NCBI GenBank assembly: GCA_964016885.1
Contig: OZ024740.1
Span: forward strand, 215,078,001 to 215,142,000
Reading direction: 5' to 3'
From: Eledone cirrhosa
Lineage: Eukaryota
DNA: 64,000 nucleotides
Below the pieces are notes generated by a model. That model did not search any database. It worked only from the letters and a program-made list of their open reading frames with translations, and was not told the DNA's origin. This document shows, piece after piece, positions 1-18,106 of the stretch (position 1 is the first letter of the stretch; the number at the start of each line of letters is the position of its first letter). A program made the translations under genes and the position numbers.

Positions 1-172
1 TGCCTATACATCCACTTTATAGAGTGGGCTGGGTGCTTTTTTTGCCGTGGCAAAATATATATATATATATATATTTGCAGTGGAACGATAGGGACCCCAG
101 TCCTACCATCTCATTTCTACAGCTGAGTAAACAGGAGCAATGTGAAATAAAGTGTCTTGCTCAAGACACAAC
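1..172 (-). mobile_element. CORE-type SINE fragment (family A)
   Basis: ctacagctgagtaaacaggagcaatgtgaaataaagtgtcttgctcaag is the reverse complement of the core of the full copy at 4590-4972. Confidence 0.75.
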
Positions 173-182
173 ATATATATAT

Positions 183-403
183 AAGAAAAGAAATTGAAAA
201 TGCAGCTGGAGTCTTTTAAGAATATATATATTTATTTACTTTACCAGTTTCACAGTTCTTATGCTTTTCAAAAGTAAAATTGAGATGGTGGGTTTGTGTT
301 TCTGTTGTGGTTTGTCTCACAGATGTGAGACAAACCACAGAGACAAAGTAAATAAATAAATATCCTTAAAAGACTCCAGTTGCATTTTCAGTTTCTTTTC
401 CTT
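183..403. repeat. Fold-back inverted repeat, probable PLE pseudo-LTR terminus
   Basis: aagaaaagaaattgaaaatgcagctggagtcttttaag ... cttaaaagactccagttgcattttcagtttcttttc, with an inner hairpin tgtggtttgtctcaca-ga-tgtgagacaaaccaca. Sits in TA-repeat context. Confidence 0.65.
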
Positions 404-611
404 ATACTTTCACCCATGTAGGACATCTTGTTTTTTTCTTTTTGTTTTTTTTTTAAAACCTCATTTCCTTAAAATGTATACATATATATATATATATACA
501 CACACACACGTGTGTGAAAAAGGTAAACAGAAATAACAAAAATAACAAAACAAATGATACAGTACATGGAAGAAATATGTTAGTTTAACACTTGAAATAG
601 CAGGAAGAGAG

Positions 612-650
612 TTTTAACGTTTCAGACACTAGTCCTTCATCAGAAGATAG
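612..650 (-). ncRNA. Minimal hammerhead ribozyme-like motif (PLE pseudo-LTR), weak stem I
   Basis: Minus strand: tctt-CTGATGA-aggac tagt gtct-GAAA-cgTTA. Confidence 0.55.
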
Positions 651-796
651 AGTTAGAAAGATAAATAGAGTTAGAAGATAAATAGAAAGTAAAGTGCGAT
701 GAGAGGAAGCAACGAGGAAAATAAGAAAAAAATTGGGGAGAAAAAACAACACATGTATGTAACCAGTCGGCCATCTTGGAAATATATATAAAACAT

Positions 797-873
<77 letters not shown>

Positions 874-1261
874 CTGTGAAAAATACTTTCACTCTCCTAT
901 TTTTTTCATCTCTTGTATTTTACAATTTTTACTGTTTTATCTTTTCACACCATTTTTTTCTTTTTCTTTATTTCACATACTTAGATGATGTTGTTTTCCT
1001 GTTTAAATATTTCTATAATTTATTGGGTGTGTGTATGTGTGTGTATGTCTGTATGTGTGTGTGTGCGTGTGTGTGCCTGTGTGTGTGCATGTCTGTGTTT
1101 ATGTGTATAAATGTTTCAATATTTTGGTCTTGTTTACAAACACTCTATTGCTTCAAAGACATGTCATAGAGCTGTCAAATGTTCATACCTTCCTTAAAAG
1201 GTAGGGGAGACAACCAAGTGAAGGGGTTCTAGAAATGACAGACCAATAATGGTTTGGGGAA

Positions 1262-1402
1262 AGGGAAAGTCGAGTAAATCGACCCCAGTGCATTACTGGT
1301 GCTTTATTTTATCAACCCCGTAAAGATGAAAGGCAAAGCTAACCTCGGTGGGATTTAAACTCAGAATGTAAAGTGCTGTAACTATGCCGCTAAGCATGTT
1401 GT
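1262..1402 (-). mobile_element. SINE family B (Meta-domain-like) copy
   Basis: Reverse complement of ctttgcctttcatc...ggggt(c/t)gataaaataaag(t/c)accagtaatg, shared with about nine other copies in the window. Confidence 0.8.
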
Positions 1403-1475
1403 CTACTTTAGGTTATTATATATATATATAAACACGAGTCCTTTGCTCCGTTATTTTTACTTTATATATATATAT

Positions 1476-1605
1476 CAGATTGGAGGCGGTAAAAACCAGT
1501 TAGACCATAACTCAAAAACTCACCAGAGTACTTGATACTTGGGGTAGTAGATGGGTAATATGAAAAAATTCGGGACCCTTTCAAAAGCTAGATCCAAACT
1601 GATTT

Positions 1606-1636
<31 letters not shown>

Positions 1637-1830
1637 ACGAAGGAGGTGTGCTAAAGAACCAGATGGACCATAACGCACCAGAATACTCAATACTTAGGGT
1701 AGTAGAGTGGGTAATAGGAAAATGATACACTCCAATGGCAGAGCTCAAGCCGTTTCGATGGCTATTTCTGTCCAGAAATAGCTGTCGAAACGGCTTGAGC
1801 TCTGCCGTCGGGGTCTAACATTTTTCTATA
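1476..1830 (-). mobile_element. Two short PLE pseudo-LTR terminal fragments; the second has a fold-back hairpin
   Basis: 1636-1830 matches the family at 5012-5205 and 26474-26664 (gagctcaagccgtttcga...tcgaaacggcttgagctc). 1476-1610 matches 50315-50470. Both are embedded in (TA)n. Confidence 0.7.
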
Positions 1831-1851
1831 TATATATATATATATATATAT

Positions 1852-1996
1852 ACAGGTAAAATTCTGTTATAACAAATACCATTATAACAAATTTTTCAGT
1901 ATAACAAAATTTTTTTCAATCCCCGAAGTAATAACAAACAAATGTTCGATTTGTTTCAGTCGATCTCATTATAAAGAATTTTCCATTACAACGAAT
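1852..1996 (+). mobile_element. Possible pogo/Tigger-like DNA transposon end fragment
   Basis: TA|CAGGTAAAATTCTGTTATAACAAA followed by repeated (c/g)ttataac(a/g)aa subterminal motifs. Confidence 0.35.
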
Positions 1997-2235
1997 ATAT
2001 ACATAAGTATGCTTGGATTTATTCACTAGAATCTTTGAGCTTTGTCTACAAGTCTGTGATTTTCTCAGACATGACTTCTATAAGTTTGTTAGTATTATAT
2101 ATATATATATATATACATGTGAATTTCATATATCAAAAGATATATGGTATGTTTAATGAATAAACATTTAGAAAGCCTCAGCTATGAATAGAAGACTGAT
2201 GGCAACACCGTCGAGCAGAGTCAAAGCAGAAGCAA

Positions 2236-2297
2236 GGGGGATAATTTTCTATGTATTTCGAACTGAAATGGTTCTCATCAGGACAATGCATTCCCCC
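2236..2297 (-). ncRNA. Type I hammerhead ribozyme motif
   Basis: Minus strand: ggggga atgc attgtc-CTGATGA-gaac catttca gttc-GAAA-tac aTA-gaaaat ta tccccc. The core is intact, stem II is 4 bp, stem III is minimal, and stem I is extended by GGGGG/CCCCC. Confidence 0.75.
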
Positions 2298-2529
2298 TCC
2301 TACTGCTAGTGAAAATATGACATGGCTTAAAATGATGGAGGCGGAAATGAAAGTTGGTAAATGAAAGTGAGTAAATGCTATCTCATGAACTCAGGCCGAT
2401 TGTTACATGGTGATTACATCATCTAATCATCAACAACAGAGAAATATGTATAATAGCTGAATAGATTTATGAAGAACTTCATATGGCCTTTACTATTATT
2501 TACCATATGTGTACGTATATATATATATT

Positions 2530-2780
2530 ACTCAGCTGTAGAAATGAGATGATAGGGACTGGGGTCTCTATCATTCCACTGCAAAGTGGTCGTGGAGGTG
2601 CCACGGCAAAAAAGCACCCAGCACTCACTGTAAATGAGGTTGGTGTTAGGACTAAGTTCAAATCCCGCCGAGGTTAACTTTGCTTTTCATCCTTATGGAG
2701 TCGATAAAATAAAGTACCAGTAATACACTGGGATAATTGCTGGCCTTGTGCCAAAAGTAGAAACAATTATTATTATTATT
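2530..2780 (+). mobile_element. Chimeric SINE: family A body joined to a family B 3' half
   Basis: ctcagctgtagaaatgag...gttggtgttagg, then agttcaaatcccgccgaggttaactttgc...agtagaaacaattattatt. Confidence 0.7.
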
Positions 2781-2908
2781 CCTTACATTAAACTATAATT
2801 ACACTCTTTGAATAATGACTTCCTTGTGAAGTTTGTGGTCTTGTTTTGCTTAACTAAGAAATATATATATATATATATATTTCGTTTCTGAATTTGATAT
2901 TATACATC

Positions 2909-3036
<128 letters not shown>

Positions 3037-3186
3037 CATATATATATACATATATATATACATATATATATATATATGTATATATATATGGAGCGATCGA
3101 CTTTCGTCAAATCGGACCGAGGGAACAATGTTTCCGTTGGACTTTCCAATTGCTAATACTATCTATCGGTCGCAACTCCAAGTAGA

Positions 3187-3448
<262 letters not shown>

Positions 3449-3541
3449 ATATATACATATACATATATATATATATACATATACATATATATATATACAA
3501 ATACAGATATATATATACATATATATATACATATATATATA

Positions 3542-3575
<34 letters not shown>

Positions 3576-3582
3576 TATACAC

Positions 3583-3628
<46 letters not shown>

Positions 3629-3811
3629 TACATACATATATACATATAATTACATACATATATACATATAATTATATACATTCATACATATATATATTAA
3701 TAAAAGGAATTCAAACTTTGTCTAATTTACTTGTTTTATTTACAATCCTTTAAAATTATAATGATATTATAATGAAATATTATGGTAGAATATTAAATGT
3801 TAAATGTTAAT

Positions 3812-3850
3812 TGAACAAGTACTTTCATGCTATCGCAATTTTCAGGTTCA
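3812..3850 (-). ncRNA. Degenerate hammerhead motif
   Basis: tgaac-CTGAAAA-ttgc gata gcat-GAAA-gtac TT-gttca. Stems are intact but one core base is mutated. Confidence 0.5.
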
Positions 3851-3972
3851 TATTCAGTGGTGACTGTCAGACCTGGGAGTTATGACATCTAAGGGGTAAC
3901 TCCACATTCCCCACAGCTCCTGAACTCCCGAACTAGAACCTTGCCACAGGATGTAGTTTAATATTATACCCA

Positions 3973-4023
<51 letters not shown>

Positions 4024-4202
4024 TCTTTTTTTTTAGCTGCTCTTAATTACATTTATATGATCATATTTTTTCATGTGCATCTTCTATCTTTGCTTTCTTC
4101 TCTTATATGAATGTTAATATTTATTATTTATGCTTTCTTCCCATATTGCATATCACCAGAATGTTCTTTGTCAAGTTTATCTGTATTTTAACCTTTCCCT
4201 TA

Positions 4203-4249
4203 TACTCAGATGATCCCGGCCTTGTGCTTGGATGAAACGATCGTTAGTA
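4203..4249 (+). ncRNA. Degenerate hammerhead motif
   Basis: tact-CAGATGA-tcc...gga t-GAAA-cgatcg TT-agta. Stem III is palindromic, as is typical of PLE hammerheads; core U4 is mutated. Confidence 0.5.
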
Positions 4250-4326
4250 ATTAAATATTCTTAAACACTCTTTCATTATTTATAAAGTACATAGATATAC
4301 ATATATACATACACACATATATACAT

Positions 4327-4373
<47 letters not shown>

Positions 4374-4398
4374 CATATATATATACACATATATATAT

Positions 4399-4443
<45 letters not shown>

Positions 4444-4546
4444 TATATATACAATTATATATATATATATATATACATATATACATATATATACATATAA
4501 ACACACACACATATATATATATACATATATATATATACGTATATAT

Positions 4547-4589
<43 letters not shown>

Positions 4590-4972
4590 TGGAGGCACAT
4601 GACTTATTGGTTAGAGCATTGGCCTTGCAATTGAAAGGTTGTGAGTTCAATTCTCAGATCGGCTGATGTGTTGTTTCCTTGAGCAAGACACTTTATTTCA
4701 CATTGCTCCAGTTCCCTCAGCTGTAGAAATGAGATGATAGGGAATGGGGTCCATATCATTCCACTGCAAAGTGGTCATGGAGGTGCCACGGCAAAGAAGC
4801 ACCCAACCCACACTTTAAAGTAGACGTGTAGGTGCCATGGAAAAAAAGCACCCAGCACTCACTGTAAATGAGGTTGGTGTTAGGAAGGGCATCCAGCTGT
4901 AGAAATCAAGCCAGAATCAGTTCCCGTCCCACCCTTGCAAGCAGGGAAAAGCGGACGTAAAATGATGATGAT
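4590..4972 (+). mobile_element. Full-length tRNA-derived CORE-type SINE (family A) with RTE-derived tail
   Basis: tRNA-like head with A and B boxes; central ccttgagcaagacactttatttcacattgctccagttccctcagctgtagaaatgag resembling the MIR CORE domain; RTE 3' UTR segment; (ATG)n tail. Confidence 0.85.
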
Positions 4973-4980
4973 ATATATAC

Positions 4981-5011
<31 letters not shown>

Positions 5012-5014
<3 letters not shown>

Positions 5015-5203
5015 GAACCAGTAAGACCCCGACAGCTGACCTCAAGCCGTTTCGAAGGCTAATTCTGGTCCAGAATTAGCCGTCGAAACGGCTTGAGCTC
5101 AGCTGTCGGGGTCTTACTGGTTCCTATTACCCACTCTACTACCCCAAGTATTGAGTACTTTGGTGCGTTATGGTCCACCTGGTTCCTTACCACATTTCCT
5201 TCG

Positions 5204-5205
<2 letters not shown>
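5012..5205 (+). mobile_element. PLE pseudo-LTR 3' end with fold-back through a half hammerhead
   Basis: Palindrome of about 55 bp per arm (ggaaccagtaagaccccgacagctga...tcagctgtcggggtcttactggttcc), then a unique tail with TATTGAGTAC, then (TA)n. Confidence 0.75.
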
Positions 5206-5239
<34 letters not shown>

Positions 5240-5340
5240 ATGTATACATATGTATACATATGTATACATATATATACATATGTATATATATATATATATA
5301 CATATATATACATATATATACATATATATACATATGTATG

Positions 5341-5372
<32 letters not shown>

Positions 5373-5422
5373 TATGTAATATATATGTAATATATATACA
5401 TATATATATATATACATATATA

Positions 5423-5478
5423 TGTAACTTTTCATAGCAAATGAACAAACCCGAGCAACGCCAGGCTAAACTGCTAGT
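5423..5478 (+). mobile_element. Helitron 3' terminal fragment
   Basis: Degenerate hairpin cccgagcaacgccagg followed by aaactgCTAG|T. Same family as the terminus at 7448. Confidence 0.7.
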
Positions 5479-5524
5479 GTATATATATATATGTATATAT
5501 ATATGTGTATATATATATGTATAT

Positions 5525-7097
<1,573 letters not shown>

Positions 7098-7316
7098 TGT
7101 ATATATATAAATATATATGTATATATATATATGTATATATATAAATATATACATATACATATATATATATACATATATATACATATATATATACAGAGAT
7201 ATATATATATACATATATATATATATACATATATATAAACATATATATATACAGAGATATATATATACATATATATATATATATACAGAGATATATATAT
7301 ACATATATATACAGAG

Positions 7317-7363
<47 letters not shown>

Positions 7364-7447
7364 CATACATATATATACATATATATACATACATACATAT
7401 ATATACATATATATATACACATATATATATACATCTATATATATACA

Positions 7448-8631
7448 CTAGCAGTTTAGTCTGCCATTGCTCGGGTTTGTTCATTTGCGATGAAAAGTTA
7501 CATACAGGTAAACGTGGCTTGAAAGTGAATAAGCTTATCAATTAAGTGCATAAAGCAGTTGAACCGGTTATTAAAAGTTACGAACCAATTAGCATTTTGG
7601 ACAATCAATGATGGGTTAATAATCTTCCAATAGCGAATTTAGCAGACCAAAGTTGCAAGATGGTGGCCCTGATGCCGCTGGGTGTCAGATCTGTCCGCCA
7701 TGGATGACCCTACCAGGAAATAGTTTTCCAGACGGCATAGTTCCAACACCTCCAACACCTGCACCAACATCTATAGCACCTCTTTGTAGACAATATTGCG
7801 TGTCATCCCTTGAGGAGTGTAAGCAAAAAGTCCATTCCTGCTCCCTATGCAGGAACAGGCAACATAAAGTTGGCTATGGGAGAAGCATGGCTCCCCCAAA
7901 TGGATGCCCGCCACCGACAATGTTTGCCCTTGTGACTTGTTAATGGACATGGCAAAACATGGTCTCACCGGAAATCAAACGGGATATCTGACACCGAGGG
8001 GAAAAGGTTCATCCTTGGCAGTGTATCCGGCAGATTGCCAGAAGTACAACACTATGGGTGTTGTCATATTAATATTTAACCAATGAAAGTCGTAAAAAAT
8101 AAATAATTTAAACATTCTGATTCATATGTCTATAGCATTAATCTGTTATGTGAAGTGTTATTTTGCGGGTTGTTATTTGCAATAAGCCGATTTAAAATAC
8201 CCCAGAAAAGCCGGATGTCAATACGGAACTCCAATGACTCTCCCAGCAGTTAAATTATAGAGAGGGGGAATAATCTATTATAGAGAGAGGGAAGAGCGAC
8301 GGAGAGAGCGTTATGACTGTTTGTTGTTGTATAAAATGATGTGTTGCTTAGTTTTCAAAGTTTATGTCGTGTTCCTGAACAAAGTTTTGTCGCTGTTGGG
8401 TAGTAGAGAGAGTGAATAAGCGTGTAAGAGAGAGGGTTACAGCATGTATTTAGTTTTATCGTTTTTTTCATAGAAGCAGGAAATTTTTGGCAAAGTTTAT
8501 TACGTGTTGACCATCGTTGGTAAATTTGGAGCACATTGGAACAAAAATCATCAAAATCGATAAAGAAATGTAAAAATGCATAAAAATCATAGACACACAC
8601 AGACAGACATCTTCCGTTTTATATATATAGA
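7448..8631 (-). mobile_element. Non-autonomous Helitron with a PIF1-helicase C-terminal remnant
   Basis: 5' end A|TCTATATATATAAAACGG and 3' end aaactgCTAG|T, with no TSD. 7771-7968 encodes CFAMSINKSQGQTL...FSHSQLYVACS...TRNIVYKEVL (helicase motifs V and VI). Confidence 0.9.
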
Positions 8632-8713
8632 TATATATATATACACATACATACATATACATATACATACATATATATACACATATATATATATACATAT
8701 ATATACATATATA

Positions 8714-9137
8714 TCATCACCATCATCATTTTACGTCCACTTTTCCCTGCTTGCAAGGGTTGGACGGGTCCTATTCCGCACAGCATCTTTCCACTTGTCA
8801 CGGTCCTTCGTTCAGCGATCTGAGGTCAGCTCTCACCACCTCCGCCCATGTTTTACGTAGTCTACCTCTTCTTCGTCTTCCTTCTACTGGGATTTCTTGG
8901 CACTTCTTTACCCAGCCATTATCCTCCATGTGCATCACATGTCCATACCATCTCAGCCTTCTCTCCTGCACACGATAACTTATCTCTCTTATACCCAGTT
9001 TCTTTCTCAACTCATCCATGCTTGGTCGTTCACGCACATTGACATTGCACATCCAACGGAGCATACTTACTTCATTTCTCTTCAGCCGTCGCATATCCTC
9101 TGCAGTTGCTGCCCATGTCTCACTACCATGCAGCATG
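8714..9137 (-). mobile_element. 5'-truncated RTE LINE, family B
   Basis: Encodes MLHGSETWA...[12 protein letters not shown]...GRLRKTW. Tail is cttgcaagcagggaaaagtggacgtaaaat(gat)n. Confidence 0.9.
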
Positions 9138-9334
9138 ACTTGGCAAGCTATTTAGAACACTGGTTTAACCGCTTTACTTCCCTCCGAAGAAGAGATATTA
9201 TCTCGAAAATTAAGGACATTTAAATAAATCTAAGGTAAAAGGCTAATTGTCAACAATATCTTTTGCATTTGCATTTTTTATTCTATGTCCATACCTGCAT
9301 TGTTTTGGCTTTACAAATTCAAACGTTTATATAT

Positions 9335-12300
9335 ATTACTCTTTTACCTGTTCCAGCCATCCGGCTGAGGCCATGCTGGGGCACCGCCCCTGTTGCTACA
9401 CATTCTATCTCCAGCCTGTATTGGTTGGCCACTGGTGCAAGAGGGAGTTTGTTGCTGCTGCCCTTAGGTTTCCCTCGTGCCTTGCTGTGGGCTCATCCGG
9501 GATCCTGGATAGCAAGGTGTCAAGATGTTTCTTGAAGACATCCACCTCCACACCATGCAGATCTCTCAGATCCCTCAGCATCTTGTTGAAGAGTTGAGGG
9601 CCCTTCAACCCCAGGCTACTGCAATATCTGCTCCTTATTCTAGATGTGGAAGATGGGACCTTTGGCACCACACAGTGACGTCCTGTTTGACGGTTGGTCC
9701 AGCTCCCAATGCCAAAGTTTGGTGTTAGTCCCTCCAGGATTTTCCCCATGTAGATCACTGCGTATCTCTCCCGTCTTCGTTCCAAGGAGTAGAAGTTCAG
9801 TTCTTTTAGCCTCTCCCAGTAGCTTATCTCCTTCATCGTGGCAATCCTCTTGGTGTAGCTTCGCTGGATTGCCTCAAGCGCCATGGTTAGTTTGACACTA
9901 TGGGGTGACCACAACTGGGAGCAATAATCCAGGCGGCTTAGGACAAATGTCCTCCATAGTGTCAACATGGTGTCTCGGTCACTTGTCCGGAAAGTCCTCA
10001 AGATCCAGCCAGCAAGTTGTCTGCACATTGTCGCCACTTTCATGATGTGTGAGGAAAAAGTTTCATCATCGCTCATGTCTATACCCAGGTCTTGTATCGA
10101 TTTTGACACGGGGATATCGGTCCCTCCTGGTCCTGCGTAACTGTGTCGTACTGTATTTGTGTTTGCAGGTTTGTATTGTAGGGCTTGGAATTTGCCAGCA
10201 TTAAACTGCATGTTGTTGTCTTCTGCCCATTTGTATATGGCATCTAGATTTTGTTGTAATAGGACAGCGTCAACTGGGTTTTTGATTGCCTGTGCTACCT
10301 TAGTGTCATCAGAATAGATAGTGAGGGATGTTGTTGTATGTACTACAGAGGGTATGTCTGAGAGAGCCACCAAAAACAGTAGTGGTCCCAGGCCTGTGCC
10401 TTGGGGCACCACACTTGTTATTGGTGTTGCCTTTGAGAGGGACCTTTTTTCTGCGACTGTCTGGCTTCTGTTCTTTAAGAAGTGATGCAGCCATTCACCT
10501 ACTTTTCCAGTTATGCCGAATCTGTGTAGTTTGTGACATATCATTCCGTGGTCGACCTTGTTAAAGGCCTTCGCAAAGTCAAGATATATCACGTCCACAT
10601 GTGAGCTGTCTAGCAGTTGTTTCAGTACCCAGTCGTAGTGATGTAGCAGCTGTGTAAGGCAGCTTCTTCTTGGGCGGAAGCCATGCTGCGTGCTAGTCAG
10701 GCGGTCATTTTCCTCGAGGAAAGTGATCAGTTTCTTTCTGACGACTCGCTCCATGACCTTACTGATATGCGACGTCAGGAAGACTGGCCTATAGTTTTTG
10801 ACCTCTGCTCTGCTACCTCCTTTATGGATAGGGCATATTGTGCCTTCTTTCAGCTCCCTGGGTAGTATACCGCTAGCCAAGGAGCTTCTGAAGAGCATCT
10901 TCAGTGGAGTTGCTAAGGCCCACTTACATGTTTCTAAGAGGACTGCTGGGAATCCATCAGGTCCAGCAACTGAGTCTGTTCTAATTTCATCTATGGTGTA
11001 TACCACATCCTCCTCCGTTATGTCTATGTGGTTGATGGTCGCCATTTCTTCATGTAGTGTTGTGGCATCAAAGAACTCCTCTGGCTTTGTTATTTGCATG
11101 TGCCTCAGTGGACATGTGAGCACACTTTTGTACTGTTCGTTCAGTATTTCACATATTCTTGGGGATTCACGGTTAATGAACCGTCTGTATGGAAGAGTGA
11201 CCCAATCTTGCAGTGTACCGAGGCAGTTTCTTTTGCAAATTTAAAGAAGGCCTTAGGGTTTGTTTTAATATTTTCTGTGGCCCTGCTTTCTTTCTTTGCC
11301 CTCTCATTTTCATGGGAAAGTTTGAGTGCAATCTCGGTGTCAAGTAGTGCACATTTCAAATAGGATTCCTTCTTGTTTTTGTTTTCTTGTTATGCATTCA
11401 ACTGGTTTGAGAGCTTGGTTCTACGTCTCATAAGGATTTTCCTATCTCTGGGAATAAGATTTTTGTGTCTGTTTGCCTTTTTCTCCAGGACAAACTTTTT
11501 GCATATAGTGTGTGTCATTGTCATGAAGTTTTGAAGTTGTGTGTTGGTGTCTTGTGTGGCGGTGTTTTCATTCCATATTTGCTTCCGGATTTCTCTCTTG
11601 ATCTTTTTCCAGTTAGCCTTGTAGAAGTTAAGGCTGGATAACGTCCCGGTGCTTCTTGATGGTTGTGTGTCTGTTGATTCTCTTGGACCACATATCATTA
11701 GTTCTACTAAGTTATGATCCGAGAAAATGGTTGGTGTCACCTTTACATTGTGGATGAGCACTGTGTTGTTTGTAAAACAGAGGTCCAGGACCTTTCTCGC
11801 CGCTTGTTGGGAGGAGTACTGCTTGTTCCATGAACAGCCTGTGTGTGAGGGCCACCAGGGACTCCATCTGTCTCTGTTCTATTGACGTCATTCCAGGGAA
11901 AAGGTGGCCCTCAGGCCATTTGACCTTTGGCAGGTTGAAGTCTCCCAGCAGTAGAATGTTGAGACCCTGGTCCAGTTTGTCAAGGACCTCTTCTATCCTA
12001 CTTAGGCTATCCTCAAATTTACCCTCATGACTGGGGGCATCGGGCGGCCGTTATGTGACACATATTACTGTCTTTAGTTGCTTCATATGTACTATCAGTG
12101 TGTCACAGACTGAGTTTGAATGTGTCAACAGTACAATTGGTGTGACATCTTCACGAATATACAGAGCAGCTCCACCATGAGTTCTCTCCTTCCTGTCCGA
12201 ACGAAATACAGTATATTTCGGTATATGTATTTCTGCATCTGCTATACTGCTTGTCAGGTGTGTTTCGGTTAGTGCTATACATAATGCTTGATTGCTTATG

Positions 12301-13130
12301 GCTAAGTCTCCCAAGTAGGAAATTTTACTCATGTTAGTGAGTTTCACCAGGCCTCTGACATTCAGCAGCAGCACTGGTGTGACTTTTGGGGTGCCAGCAA
12401 TGGCTGTCGGTTTGACACCTGGCCTGGTGTCAGTGGCAGCCACTCTGTGCCAGCAGGTCCCGTTCCTTAAAAACTTGCACATTACCTCTCCGCTTGGTTC
12501 TCCTTTCTCACATTTACCGTTTGCTTGTTGGTTGCCCGGCCTGCCCTCCCTAACTGTGGTGGCGGGTATTTCAATTTCTTTTAGGTCCGTGCTTGTGCTT
12601 TCTTCCTCTTCTTTTTCCTTTCCTCTCTCTTTCTCCCCGTTTTTCTCCTCCTTGAGGACATGGCTTAGCATTGCCATATGTGGTGCTATGAGGTCATAGG
12701 CCTTCTCGATTTCTTTTCTTTTTCTTTCTATCTGCGCCAGAGTCCTCAGAAAGCCATGGTTCCTCAGGGTCTCCGCAATCATTTTGCTTGGTGGTGACCC
12801 ATCAGCCAGGCTCCACCCTTTGATCAAAACTGCTAGTTCCATCTTTGACCAGTTTCGCTGGCTTTTAATTTCACCTTTTCCCTGCATGCAGTCCATTTCG
12901 CTGTAGAGGGGAGAGAGAGAGAGCTAGCGGGAAGGGTAGGGAAAATGTTAGAGAGGGAAAGAGAGAGGGAGAGAGAGATAAGTCCAGTGAGAAATTCAAG
13001 GTGCGATTTAGAGGGGAAGAGAAAGAGAGAGAGCTTTGCGATTTAGAGGGGAAGAGAGAGAGAGGGAGAGAGAGAGAAAGAGAGAGAGCTTGTGCAATCT
13101 AGAGAAAGAAAGGAGAGAGGCAGCGTCAAA
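9335..13130 (-). mobile_element. Near-full-length decayed CR1-group LINE (APE endonuclease plus RT; frameshifted)
   Basis: 12051-12896 has EN motifs (NVRGL, ALTETHL, FRSDR..GG); 11390-11761 has SDHNLV; 11141-11359 has NPKAFF. 9405-11123 is RT (GPDG, NYRPV, QHGFR, YLDFAKAF, VPQG, YSDD) with a CR1-like C-terminus (SLERRRERY). The 5' region is GA-rich. Confidence 0.9.
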
Positions 13131-13774
13131 GACAACCTTAAATACCAATGATTAATGTTGTTCGAAAAACAATATTTTGTGGTTAAAACACCAAAACAAA
13201 GTGAAAACATGATATTAACATGAAATATAAAAGGAGAGAAGAGGAGACAAAATAAATAAATAAAAATAATTTAATGAAACCCAAATAAGTTAAAGATATA
13301 GAATCGTGAAGGATTTTTATGAGTTGATTTTAATTGCAGGTATCGGTTTGTTTACAAATATAAACAACAGACACTGTCTATATATATATCGTGAAACGTA
13401 GTTATCACAATATCAGTATATAAAAAACAATAACAAATATATATGCTCGCTGAGTTAAAAATAAAATTATATTAAATTATATTAAATCACGTTACACAAA
13501 ATAAAATGAAATAAAATAAAATTAAAATTAGATTATGTTACTTAACTAGCTTTCTATATTCTGTATGGCAGACAAAGAGAGCACGTGTGTGTCCCCCGTT
13601 TTTTAGAAGAATATATCAAACATCGAAAATAAAACCATTAACAACGCTAACATACGTAAAATAATCGCGTCAAAATATAGATACTTATCTGTTCCAGAGG
13701 TTTTTTGTTAATTTTAAGGGGTTAGTAAAGTTATAATTTCCCGATTTCTGTCGATTTAAATTTCAAATCTCGCA

Positions 13775-16257
<2,483 letters not shown>

Positions 16258-16258
16258 A

Positions 16259-18105
<1,847 letters not shown>

Positions 18106-18106
18106 T

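Noticed and set aside
4590-4665. tRNA genes (also 3235-3307 and 53635-53707)
   Set aside because: These are SINE heads. They continue into the CORE-like domain and lack a clean acceptor stem and terminator.
7771-7968. Host PIF1 helicase exon
   Set aside because: It is bounded by Helitron termini, has no splice sites and has degenerate motifs.
9405-11123. Functional RT gene (572-aa ORF)
   Set aside because: It is separated from the endonuclease by several frameshifts or stops, and conserved motifs are substituted (YSDD, SVVPQG, AFNKV). It is a decayed copy.
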